Source of the DNA: Leucoraja ocellata | Taxonomy: Eukaryota | Direction of reading: 5' to 3' | Length of the DNA stretch: 64,000 bases | Assembly (NCBI GenBank): GCA_036785375.1 | Contig: JAWMAR010000094.1 | Coordinates: 3,224,001-3,288,000 of the forward strand | Shown here: positions 25,233 through 37,730 of the stretch, in pieces | Position numbering within the stretch: the first letter of the stretch is position 1 | Layout of the letters: each line of letters opens with the position of its first letter | Translations under genes and position numbers: made by a program | The notes under the pieces: generated by a model | What the model was told of the DNA's origin: nothing | The model's input: the letters and a program-made list of their open reading frames with translations, nothing else | Database searches by the model: none

Positions 25233-26939
25233 CTCAGGAATGTGCTGACAATTCATTGGATAATTAATTCAAAGTTTTGGAGGCTCCAACTTAATTCAAG
25301 GACTAGGACATGTCCGCAGTAAACTCAAGAACAGTGTGCTATATGAATATGGACAGGAAACAGTCTATGAAAGTAAGCATGCAGGCACAGCAGGCAGTAA
25401 AGAAAGCGAATGGCATGTTGGCCTTTATAACAGGAGGAGTCGAGCACAGGAGCAAAGAGGTCCTTCTGCAGTTGTACAGAGCCCTAGTGAGACCACACCT
25501 GGAGTATTGTGTGCAGTTTTGGTCCCCTAATTTAAAGAAGGACATTCTTGCTATAGCAAGAATGTTTTCTCTGGGGCGGCAGAGGTTGGAGGGGGAGTGT
25601 TGGTAAAATGAGACGTCTAGGTAGGGTTTTGGCGGTGGCAAGAACGACAACTAAGTTTTGAAACTTATTTCATTCTGAAAATAGCTTCTTAGCTCACAGG
25701 TGGTGGCTGTGTGGAATGAGCTTCCAGTGAAGGTGGTGGAGGCAGGTTCGTTTTTATCATTTAAAAATAAATTGGATAGTTATATGGACGTGAAAGGTAT
25801 GGAGGGTTATGGTCTGAGCGCAGGTATATGGGACTAGGGGAGAATACGTGTTCGGCACGGACTAGAAGGGTCGAGATGGCCTGTTTCCGTGCTGTAATTG
25901 TTATATGGTTCTCACAACACGTCCAGCCACAACGGCGGTCAGCACTGAACTGCCGCTCGAAAGCGAAACCGCGCGGAAAACAGCAGCCCCATCCCGAGTC
26001 ACGTGACCACGGCTTCCGAACGGTGGGTTCGATACCTGCGTGCGCCAGCAGGTGCCGCTACGAGGGTGTAGATAAATCATGACAAGGCTGCCAGCATTCC
26101 CGTCCCTCCCTCCCTCCCTCCCTCGCTCTCTCACCGGCTGGAGGTACAGCCCCTCCCCTCAATCCCAGCGGATGTAGCATGAGCCTCAACCTTGCGCTGT
26201 AACCTTTCAGCTGCCGTAGTCGTCCACACTGCCAATTAACGAGGACCAACCAGCCTTGTGTCTCGCTAGTCCATCCGCTTAATGTGTTCGTTGTGCAAAG
26301 GAGTAGCTAGGTAGACACTCAGAACCAGGAGGGCAAATACGCAGCTTGAAGGTGAAGTTTAAATGCGATGTGCGGGGCGTGTTTAATGCAGAGTTGTGGG
26401 TGCCAGGAGCGCGTTGCTGGGAGTGGTGGTGGAGGTAGAGACACTGGTGGCATTTTCAAGGGTTGAGGTTATGGATATGCAGGGAATTAAGGGATATGGG
26501 GCATATGCAGGCAGATATGGCTGGTCTTGGCATGGGCACAGACATTGTGGGCCGAAGGGCCTGTCCCTGTGCTGTACTGTTCTGAGGTTTACGTGGGTGA
26601 GTGAAGGGCAAGGTGGTGTTGGCAAACAGTGTGTACACAAAACCTCTGGTATAATGGGCAGGCAACAAGATCATCAGTCAGGGATCCATTAATTCGATGC
26701 TGCAAGGGCATGATGCTGTAGATAAGGTCCACATGAGAAGGAATCCAGACTCACTTGGAAGATGTGATGCTCTATCCCAAGCTGAAGCCGGAGAAGGCAG
26801 AGCATTGCGTGCGTGCTCAATATTCTATGCTGTTTTTCTAAACTAAACTAAATGGGCATTGGCCTCTCGACTCTCCTGTGTCGAGCAGTCATTGGGGGCT
26901 GGTTTGGACTGAAAAATGTGTTGTTTGTTCTTGTCGCAG

Positions 26940-26972
26940 ATGCTGGGACCTTACCCTTCACCGCAGATGTAA
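26940..26972 (+). CDS. RAP1GAP2: Probable RAP1GAP2 terminal coding exon (MLGPYPSPQM*)
   Basis: Strong acceptor ttgtttgttcttgtcgcag, phase 0, short frame to TAA, followed by unique UTR-like sequence. The peptide itself is not recognised. Confidence 0.6.
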   Translation: MLGPYPSPQM

Positions 26973-28895
26973 CTGAAGCCGGCACAGACACTCAAGCGCC
27001 CCACCCCCACCCACATCGTACGCCGCACCCACCCCTCCCGTATCTGAGGCACCCCAGGGTGGAGGGAGATGGTCGGGACGACGGGCCTCAGAGGTGCCCT
27101 TGTCTGAGGGGTTCCAGTTGCCCTGGCCCTTCACCTGCAGAGCGAAAACCATCTCAACACCATCGTTGGAGGCGTGTTGATCCATCGGCATAGGCACCTT
27201 GCAAGATGCATAAGTAGAAGATAAGCATTGGATGTGTGGCCTGGGTCACCATCAATCTTTCCGATAGCTTCCCTTGGCTTTCTTGTAACCTTCTGGGATC
27301 CACGTTTTCTTTTTGGGAACTTGGGACTGCACGGATTTCCTTCTCGGAGTCTGGAGACGGGCTACGATGGGATGGATCTTGAAGCGTCTCGAATGGCGAG
27401 CCATCTCCGAGAAGCTCCGGGGGGGGAGGCTGCCCGCGTTCCCGTCCCTCGCTCTCTCACCGGCTGGAGGTACAGCCCCCTCCCCTCAATCCCAGCGGAT
27501 GTAGCATGAGCCTCAACCTTGCGCTGTAACCTTTCAGCTGCCGTCGTCGTCCACACTGCCAATTAACGAGGACCAACCAGCCTTGTGTCTCGCTAGTCCG
27601 TCCGCTTAATGTGTTCGTTGTGCAAAGGAGAAATCTGCCTTGGGCCCCAGCATTGCTTTGCAGAGTTCAGTAAAACATTCATCACCAGAGTGGTCAACAG
27701 GGTTCATCTCCGAACATTCTGAGTGAGAGGATTGTACCAGGTCATCAGATGATCATTTCTTGATTAGTACGGGTGTCAGAGGTTATGGGGAGAAGGCGGG
27801 AGAATGTAGTTAGGAGGGAGAGTTAGATCAGCCACGATTGGAATGGCGGAAGTGGACAAAAGTGCTGGAGAAACACAGCGGGTGCAGCAGCATCTGTGGA
27901 GCGAAGGAAATAGGCAACATTTCAGGCCAAAACACTTCTTCAGACTGGCAGAGTAGACTCGATGGGCCGAATGGCCTAATTCTACTCCTATCACTTATTG
28001 CCCTTATCATCTTCACGTTCACCTTCTTCCTGCTCTGAAGAAAGGTCACAACCCGAAAGTCCAGAATTAAAGGGCACTATTTTCGAAAGGTGGTGAGGAG
28101 GAACTTCTTTAGTCAGAGGGTGGTGAATCTGTGGAACTCATTGCCCCAGAGGGCTGTGGAGGCCAAGTCAGCGGATATTTTTGAGGCAGTGATAGACAAA
28201 TTCATGATTAAATGTGTAGGAAAGAACTGCAGATGCTGGGCTAAATCGAAAGGTGGGCACAAAATGCCGGAGTAGCTCAGCGGGACAGGCAGTATCTCTG
28301 GAGAGAAGGAATGGGTGACGTTCCAGCACCTAGTGTCTATCACAGAACAGCACAGGAACAGTCCCTTCGGCCCACAAACCCCATGCTGACCATGCAGGCA
28401 CTGAGTTACTCCAGCAATTAGTGTCCATCATTGGTTTTGGAGGTTTGGCTGAGATAAGCCACTGTATTACCATTGCCTTCTGATAATGGCTCCTATCCTC
28501 CAACTTAGCAACTGCAATCAATATGTTCAGACCAAAGATCCTATAGCGGAGCAAGATAGACCACTCCTTCTAAATGCAATAGGCTGACGTGTAGTATGCA
28601 ACGGAGCGGAACGTGGGCCTTTTATCCATCCATTTCAGTAACCCGACCCGACCCGACCCGACCCGCAGTGTAATCAACGTTGCGAGGGAACAGTTTGTGT
28701 TAATAAATTATCATTCTGAAAATGAGGAGAAGATTTTTACCAAAGAACTTTTATTTTTACGAGGATGTTTCCGTAACCGGCTTCCGTCTCCGCACCAGTA
28801 TCTTCGCTCCGCTACGGGGTCTTTGGTGCGGAGACGGAAGCCGGTTACGGAAATGGGGCCGAAAATGGCTGGGGAAGAGGGGGATAACAAAGGGA

Positions 28896-29412
28896 TAGAA
28901 ACATAGAAAATAGGTGCAGGAGGAGGCCATTCGGCCCTTCGAGCCAGCACCGCCATTCATTGTGATCATGGCTGATCGTTCCCAATCAATAACCCGTGCC
29001 TGCCTTCTCCCCATATCCCTTGACTCCACCAGCCCCTAGAGCTCTATCCAATTCTCTCTTAAATCCATCCAGTGATTTGGCCTCCACTGCCCTCTGTGGC
29101 AGAGAATTCCACATATTCTCAACTCTCTGGGTAAAGAAGTTTTTTCTCACCTCAGCCTTAAATGGCCTCCCCTTTATTCTAAGATTGTGGCTCCTGGTTC
29201 TGGACTCGCCCAACATTGGGAACATTTTTCCTGTATCTAGCTTGTCCAGTCCTTTTATAATTTTATATGTTTCTATAAGATATCCCCTCATCCTTCTAAA
29301 CTCCAGTGAACACAAGCCCAGTCTTTTTCAATCTTTCCTCACATGACAGTCCCGCCATCCCAGGGATCAATCTCGTGAACCTACGCTGCACTGCCTCAAT
29401 CACAAGGATGTC
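28896..29412 (-). mobile_element. CR1-type LINE 3' fragment
   Basis: SLEFRRMRG...RTRSH...WNSLP...KAGTGY. Confidence 0.88.
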
Positions 29413-29919
29413 CTTGTGATACAGTGATGTGAGCAGAGGAACTAGTGCGACAGACAGGGTGGGGGAGCGAGGAACAGAGGGAATGCAGGAGTTACTAGAA
29501 ATTAGATAAATCAAGAATTACATAACATGGGTGTAAGCTGCCCAAGCGAAATATAAGGTGCTGTTCGTCCAATTTGTGTGGAATTGCTCAGACAATGGAG
29601 GAGGCCCAGGACAGAAAGGTCTGTGTTACAATGTTCAGCAACCAGGTGATCCCGTAGCCCATGATGGTCTGAGTGTATTTGTTCTGGCTTCCTCCCCCCC
29701 CCCCCCCCACACACCTCCCAACCCAATTTGAAGAAGGGTTCTGCCCTAAAACGTCACCCATTCCTTCTATCCAGCGATGCTGCCTGGCCTGCTGAGTTAC
29801 TCCAGCATTTTATGTCCATCTTCTGTGTAAACCAGCATCTGCAGTTCCTTCTGAATTTAGTGTTGTCTAATGAACCAGATTTAATAAAGGGAACGCAAGG
29901 TAAGAGAACCGCTTGGAGG

Positions 29920-31530
29920 CAGTGACCATACTATGGTAAGTTTTAATCTGCAATTTGAGAGGGAGAAGGTTAAATTGGAAGTGCCAGTATTGCAGTTGAA
30001 CAAAGGAGACTATGAAGGCATGAGAGAGGAGCTGGCCAAGGTCAACTGGAAAAGGATCCTAGCAGGAATGACGGTGGAACAGCAATGGCAGGAATGTCTG
30101 GGCATAATCCAGAAGATGCAGGATTATTTCATTCCAAAGAGGATCACTGCATTCCAAAGGGGAAGAAAGATTCGTTGGGGAGTAAGAGGCAACTGTGGCT
30201 GACAAGAGAAGTTAGGGATAGAATGCAACTCAAAGAATAGGTGTATAACACAGCAAAGTGGCGGGAAGCCAGAGGACTGGGAAACTTTCAAAGGATAACA
30301 GAAAGTACCAAACAGGGCAACACGGGGTGAACGGATGAAGTACGAGGGTTAGCTGGCCAAGAATATAAAGAAGGATATATGGTATTGGGGGGAGGGTATT
30401 GACATGGATAGAGAATTGGTTGGCAGACCAATTAAAAGTAACACTAGCAAATTTGCAGATGACACAAAGCTGGGTGGCAGCGTGAAATGCGAAGATGATG
30501 CTAGGAGGTTGCAGGGTGATTTGGACAGGTTGAGTGAGTGGGCAGATGCATGGCAGATGCAGTATAATGTAGATAAATGTGAGGTTATCCACATTTGGCG
30601 GCAAGAACAGGGAGGCAGATTATTATCTCAATGGTGTCAGATCAGGAAAAAGGGAAGTGCAACGAGACCTGGGTGTCCTTGTACACCAGTCACTGAAAGT
30701 AAACATGCAGGTGCAGCAGGCAGCAAAGAAAGCTAAGGTATCAAAGGTATTTTATTGGTCACATTCACATACACCTAGGTGTAGTGAAGTGAAATGCTTC
30801 TTGCCATTTTGCAGCACATACAGAAGGAATACAGACATAACATTAATAAGAGTTTTAAACATAAAGAACATCCCCCCACAATGGTTCCCATTATGAGGGA
30901 AGGCACAAAGTCCAGTCCCCAACCCCAGTTCACCCATAGTCGGGCCCATTGAGGCCTCCACAGTTGCCAGCTAACGAGAGGATTTGAGTATAGGAGTAAA
31001 GAGATCCTTCTGCAGTTGTACAGGGCCCTGGTGAAACCACATCTGGAGTTTTGTGTGCAGTTTTGGTCCTAATTTGAGGAAGAACATCCTTGCTATTGAG
31101 GCAATGCAGCATGGATTCACGAGGTTAATCCCCGGGATAGCGGGACTGCCATATGAGGAATGATTGGAAAGACTGGGCCTGTATTCACCGGAATTTAGAA
31201 GAATGAGAGGGTATCTTATAGAAAGGTATAAAATTATAAAAGGACTGGACAAGCTAGATGCAGGAAAAGTGTTCTCAATGTTGGGGGAGTCCGGAACCAG
31301 GGGCCACAGTCCAAGAATAAAGGGAGGCCATTTAAAACTGAGATTAGAAAAACCTTTTTACCCAGAGTTGTCAATTTGTGAAATTCTCTGTCACTGAAGG
31401 CAAGTAGAGGCCAATTCAATGGATAAATTTAAAAGATAGTTAGAGCTCTAGGGGCTAATGGAATCAAGTGATATGGGGAGAAGGCAGGCACGGGTTCCTG
31501 ATTGTGGATGATCAGCCATGGTCACAATGA
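29920..31530 (+). mobile_element. Internally deleted, interrupted CR1-type LINE
   Basis: KGDYEGMREEL, KFADDTK and 3'-end motifs, with frameshifts and a nested insert at ~30737-30970. Confidence 0.8.
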
Positions 31531-33055
31531 ATTGCGGTGCTGGCTTGAAGGGCCAAATTGCCTCATCCTGCACCTATTTACTATGTTTCTAAGTTTCCTA
31601 CACAGGTATAACCTGTCGTGGTTTTTTAAAAGTAATTTAGAGTTACAGCATGGAAACAGGCTGTTCAACCCATCGAGTCCATGCCAACCACCCATTCACA
31701 CTAGTTCTATGCTATCCCATTTTTTTTCACCCACTCCCGATACACCAGGGGCAATTATCGGAGGCCAATTAACCTGCACGTCTTTGGGACGTGGTAGGAA
31801 ACTAGAGCACCCGGAGAAAACCCACACGGTCAAAGGGAAAATGTGCAAACTCCACATAGACAGCACCCGAGGTCAGGATCGAACCTGGTCTCTGTCCTAC
31901 AACCCCGCACGATCTTTGAGATGTGTGGATGATGTTGGGAGTGTGCGGGTTTCAAACTGAGGTGACTGACTTGCGGTATGCTTATTGTATACTGTATGCT
32001 TACTTGTACTAATACTGTGTATAAAAGGAATAGATCGGGTAGATGCACAGAGCCTCTCGCCCAGAGTAGGTGAATCGAGGACCAGAGGACATAGGCTGAA
32101 GGTGAAGGGGAAAAGATTTAATAGGAATCTGAGGGGTGACTTTTTCGCACATAGGGTGGTGGGTGTATGGAACAAGGTAGTTGAGGCAGGGACTATCCCA
32201 ACATTTATGAAACGGGTACATGGATAGGACAGGTTTGGAGGGATATGGACCAAACGCGGGCAGGTGGGACTAGAGTAGCTGGGACATTGTTGGCCGGTGT
32301 GGGCAAGTTGGGCTGAAGGGCCTGTTTCCATCGTATAACTCTGTGCCAGCGCACATGCCTCGCCCTCCCCTTCACTATGTACTCCTCAGCCCCTGCACTT
32401 TGCACCTTCACCCTGACCCAGTTGCCCTGCCAAGCTCGTGCCACTTGCCTACGCCCGGCCCATGCCCACGCCAACCTTTCCTGCCCATCCATGACTGTGC
32501 AGCTGCGCGACTGTTTGTTTTGCTTTATGTTTCGTGAAGCGGTTTGGGTCCCGTTCGCCAAGTTTAACGGCTTGATGTAGAAATAAAATGTGAGTGTAGT
32601 TCCTCCTGCCGCGCGGTCAAAGAGTCCCAGCCAATTGGTAATTGTCCATTGTAACATTTTAAATTTTCGTTATTTAGTTTACTCTCGCGCACGCACACGC
32701 ACATCAGGACGGGTGTTTAGGGGAAGAGGGCCCTTTATGATCCTGCTGTAATGTGTATTTGGGATGCCGAAGACTTGAACTTTGAACTATGACCTCTGAC
32801 CCAGGCTAATATGGAGTGTGCAAGGCCGCTGGGTAAACATGCAGATAGATGTACATCGCGAGTAGAACAGCTGTTAAGAAGCGGCTGGGCTTTACAAAGC
32901 TGCCTGATTGATCCACAGATGTAAATATTGTACAATTAATTTATTGCTACTTTGGCAAAATTAATTTTGTTGTGATGTAAAAACTGGAGGATCCGGACTT
33001 TCTTGTATGTACATTCTGTTTGCTGCTGACTCATTTTTGTGTAGCACTGCACAGT

Positions 33056-33061
33056 AATAAA
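33056..33061 (+). terminator. Candidate RAP1GAP2 polyadenylation signal (a second AATAAA lies at 32582-32587)
   Basis: AATAAA at the end of a unique AU-rich block (32343-33120), with upstream TGTA motifs and downstream GT-rich sequence. Confidence 0.45.
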
Positions 33062-33140
33062 TGTATTTTGTGTCAAGATCGAATCGAGCTGTAAATTGTG
33101 TGCATTGACGGTGTGGGACATGGACTTGAGAAACAGTTAA

Positions 33141-33460
33141 ACCCCTGTCCCACGGTACGAGTTCATTCCAAGAGCTCTCCCAGAGTTTGCCCTGATTCAA
33201 ACTCGGAGATTTACGGTAATGGCCGCTCGTCGGTACTCGGGGCTCTCGTGGACATGTTTCAACGCGTTGAAAAATCTTCACGAGTCTTCCCGTGCTTACC
33301 TGCCTTTAGCGAGTCTTCCCAAGTACCTGCCTTTTCGTTAGCGTTACGAGCCGCTAAGTGACGTCCCCGAGCTCAGTTCATTCTCCGTGCTTACCACGAG
33401 TTTGATTTTTTTTTAAACTCGGGAGAGCTCTTGGAATGAACTCATACCGTGGGACAGGGA
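33141..33460. mobile_element. Harbinger-type MITE (second copy at 58668-58997)
   Basis: Long TIR ccctgtcccacggtacgagttcattccaagagctctccc, with TAA flanks. Confidence 0.8.
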
Positions 33461-34800
33461 TAATAGCTGGATGTAGTTAGGACTCGAGGGCCTGAGCTAT
33501 CGGGAGAGGTTGGGCTGGCTAGGACTTTATTCGATGGAGTGCAGGGGGGAGGGGGGGGGCTGAGGGGTGATCTTATAGAGGGGCACAAAACCATTAGGGG
33601 ATTTACCGGCACCCTTGGTTCCAGAGCCTTGCTGGATTTTGCCAGACCAACAGAGGTCACGGGCTTGAGGGGCCGAGATACTGGCCCGCAAAGTCGGCTA
33701 TGGGAACGGATCTGCCGGCTCCGGCTGGGTCGGAATTCCAGAGGCCGCGGAAGTCCCGATGAAGCCGAGATCGGCCCCCTCACCTGGTCTAGGGGCCACA
33801 TTTTCAGGGGGACCTCCGTGCGGGGATTTTATCTGGATTAAAGGAGGGCCCAGACCACCGGTGGAAATCGGTAGTGGCCCTGGACAATTAATGGCAAGAA
33901 CCTTAACAGTATTGATGTACGGAGGGAGCTGGGAGTTTAAATCCATAGCTCTCTGACAGTGGCAACACATGTAGATAGAGTGGTAAAGAAGGCTCCATGC
34001 ATCAAGGTATTGGCCACTGGGAGCTGGAGTAACTCAGCGGGACGGGCAGCATCTCTGGAGAGAAGGAATGGGTGATGTATCAGGTCGAGACCCTTCCTCA
34101 GACTGGTTAGGGATAAGAGACACAATTTAATTCTCCTTCCCATTCCCACACTGACCTTTCTGTCCTAGGTCTCATCCATTGTCAGAGTGAGGCTAAACAG
34201 CATCTCATATTTTGGAGTAACTGCATCTCATATTTCGCTTGGGCAGCTTACAGCCCAGTGGTATGAATATTGATTTTTCTCACTTCAGGTAGCCCCGGCA
34301 TTCTCTCTCGCTCTCTCTCTCTCTCCCTGCCCCACCCAAGTCACACCAGCTTCTCATTTTCACCCAACAAACAGCTAACAATGGCCTGTTTCCATTATCA
34401 TTGTTACTTTTTTGCATATCTTTCATTCACTGTTCTTTATCTCTCCACATCACCGTCTATATCTCAAATCAAATATTAGAGGGCATAGTTTTAACATTAG
34501 AGGGGCAAAGTTTAAAGGAGATGTGTGGTACAAGTTTTTTTTTCATACAGAAGGTGGTGAGTGCCTGGAACGCACTGCCGGGGGTGGGGGTGGGGGTGGA
34601 GATACGATAATGGCGTTCAAAAGACTTTTGGATAGGCACGTGGATATGGATTTCAACTTAGTTTCATTTCAAGATACAGCACGGAAACAGGCCCTTCAGC
34701 CCACCGAGTCCGTGCTGACCAGCGATCACCCGTGCACTAGCACTATCCTAGTCCAGGGCCAATTTACAATTTTACAGAAGACAATTAACCTACAAACCTG

Positions 34801-35007
34801 TGTTTAAGAAGGAACTGCAGATGCTGGAGAATCGAAGGTTACACAAAAAAGCTGGAGAAACTCAGCGGGTGCAGCAGCATCTATGGAGCGAAGGAAATAG
34901 GCAACGTTTCGGGCCGAAACCCTTCTGGGTTTCGGCCTGAAACGTTGCCTATTTCCTTCGCTCCATAGATGCTGCTGCACCCGCTGAGTTTCTCCAGCTT
35001 TTTTGTG
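34801..35007. mobile_element. Palindromic Penelope pLTR-derived cassette (similar cassettes at 2780, 9849, 41072, 53981)
   Basis: Long inverted repeat flanked by a 15-bp duplication taacctacaaacctg (34786-34800, 35008-35022). Confidence 0.75.
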
Positions 35008-36109
35008 TAACCTACAAACCTGCATGTCTTTGGAGTGTGGGAGGAAACTGGAGCACCCAGAGAAAACCCACGGGGTCTTGGTGAGAAACTCTTTTTCAGT
35101 CAGGATTGAACCCGGGTCTCAAGGCAGCAACTCTACCGCTGCGCCATCGTGCAGGTAGATAAGAGTTGGTCTCGGCATCGTGTTCAGCACATTGTGGGCC
35201 GAAGGGCCAGATCCTGTGCTGTACTATTATATGGTCAATGAAGATTAAATGAGAAAAGCAGCTATTCCAGTTCTTTTTGATTTAAATTGAATCCCTGTGT
35301 TCAACCTTGAGGAGTGGCCCTGCCATGTACATTCCTTTCATTGAAACAATGGACACAACTCATGAGGGGAATGAGTTCAGTGACAGTAAATTGTTCATCT
35401 CAACCACCCACGCTTGTATCCTGCTCTCTTTATTACAGTGGCTCTCTGAATAGAAATATCATGAGCTTTTGATGGGTCGAACTGGGCCTGTACTCACTGG
35501 AGTTTAGAAGAATGAGGGGGGACCTCATTGGAACATACAGAATAGCGAAAGGCTTGGACAGAGTGGATGTGGAGAGGATGTTTCCACTAGTGGGAGAGTC
35601 TAGGACTAGAGGTCATAGCCTCAGAATTAAAGGACGTTATTTTAGGAAGTTGATGAGGAGGAATTTCTTCAGTCAGAGGGTGGTGAATCTGTGGAATTCT
35701 TTGCCACAGACGGCTGTGGAGGCCAAGTCAATGGATATTTTTTAATGCAGAGATAGATAGATTCTTGATTAGTACGGGTGTCAGAGGTTATGGGGAGAAG
35801 GCAGGAGAATGGGGTTAGGAGGGAGAGATAGATCAGCCATGATTGAATGGCGGAGTAGACTTGATGGGCCGAATGGCCTAATTCTGCTCCCATCACTTAT
35901 GACTAATGTCTGTGTCATTGAGACTTGTTATGTTTGCTTCAGAGATACAGCATGGAAACAGGCCCTTCGGCCCACCCACCACTGGCAATTCATCGCATTC
36001 ACAAGTCAGTTGTCACATGTCATGTCATATTCAGTTGTGTCAAATTTTCGTTGATGAAAACTAATTTAGATTAGTTCAGAGATACAGCGTGGAAACCTGG
36101 CCCTTTGGC

Positions 36110-36810
36110 CCACCAACGCCTCTACCTCCTTACAAGGCATCGGAAGTTCGGCATGTCCCCTACAACTCTCACCAACTTCTACAAGTGCGCCGTAGGAATC
36201 ATTTTATCGGGATGCATCACAACATGCAGCTTTCCGATCCATCCCGAGTCTCCATCATCTCGACGAGAGGGCTGGAACATCGAGCCATCGGCAGAGGCAG
36301 TGCTGACGGGTCAAGGCCCCGACCACCACGGGTGAACAAAGGAGAAAGATGACTGAACTTTAGTGCCTTCCATCATAGTGGGGAATGTTGATTCCACTGT
36401 GGTGGATGTTTATGTTAAAATTATTGTGTGTTGCGTTCTTTTTTTACTTGTATGACTGTATGGTAACTCAAATATCACTGAACCTTAACTGGTGCATGTG
36501 ACAATAAATGCGAACTTGGGCCTGAACAGCTCCATCCAAGACCGCAAGAAATTGCAGCGAATTTTGGACGCAGACCAGACCAACCTCCTCCCTTCTAATG
36601 GCTCCAAGCACCTCACGCTGCCTCGGCAAGGCCAGCAGCTTAATCAAGGACCAGTCGCACCCCAGCCACTCCCTCTTCTCCCCTCTCCCATCAGGCAAAA
36701 AGTATAGAAGTATGAAAACGCACACCTCCAGATTCGGGGACAGTTTCTTCCCAGCTGTTATCAGGCAACTGAATCATCCTACCACAACCAGAGAACAGTG
36801 CTGAACTACT
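36110..36810 (+). mobile_element. Rex1/Babar-like LINE 3' fragments (related pieces at 16270-16490, 44700-44880, 51190-51490)
   Basis: KASSLIKDQSHPSHSLFSPLPSGKKYRS...TSRFGDSFFP motif. Confidence 0.65.
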
Positions 36811-36825
36811 ATCTACTATCTACAA

Positions 36826-37566
36826 TAATACAATACAATTTATTTGTCACTTGAACCTCATAGAGGCTCAAGTGAAATGTTGTTTCTGCAGTCATACATA
36901 CAAGAAAAAAAAAAAAAAGACCCAAGACACAACACAATTTACACAGACATCCATCACAGCGCATCTCCACCTCGCTGTGATGGAAGGCAAAAAAAACCGT
37001 ATCTCTCCCCTGCACTTCCCTCTCCCCCCGATGTCAGAGTCAAAGTCAGAGCCCCCGGCGGGCGATAACAATTGTCCCGCGGCCATTAACGCCGCGCCGG
37101 GTGATGTAAGGCCGCGCTCCGGGTCTTGTTGTTGGAGCCCCGGGCGGGCGCTGGCAAAGTCTCGCAGCCGTTGAAGCCGCGCCGGGCGATGATGTAAGGC
37201 CCGCTCCAGGTCATCTTCGACCCCGCTACTCGGGCGGGTGAAGTCGCCGTTGCGGAAGCCCCGAAAAGCGGTCTCCCAGCAGGGACCCGCGGGCTCCTGG
37301 TGTCACCGTCCACCAGACCTGCGGTAAGCCTCCGAATCTCCGAGGGTCGGGTCGCAGCAGCGCGCCACCACCGCTCCTCCCGCTCCGGACTCGGCCAGCT
37401 CCGTGATGGTGAGTAGCTCCGCAGCTCCGTGACTGGAGCCCCAGGACGTTCCTGCTGGAGGCTGCTCAACGGTGCAGCCCCAACGACAACGGAGACCCGA
37501 CAGGGAAAGGTCGGGTTCTCCGTGCAGGGGAACAATTTTAAAAGTTTCCCCCCCCACCCCCCGCCC

Positions 37567-37617
<51 letters not shown>

Positions 37618-37730
37618 CCCAATTATCAAATTATTATCAAAAAAATAAAAACTACATTAAAACGGGACAAAAAATAACAAAAAGACAGACGGACTGCAGA
37701 GGCCGCTGCAACGTGAGTCGCGCCGCCCAC
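36826..37730 (-). mobile_element. Unclassified GC-rich interspersed repeat with 3' hairpin (homologous to 22022-23545 on +)
   Basis: Extended reverse similarity to 23040-23545. Hairpin catccatcacag...ctgtgatgga. Internal (CA)n at 37569-37614. Confidence 0.6.
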
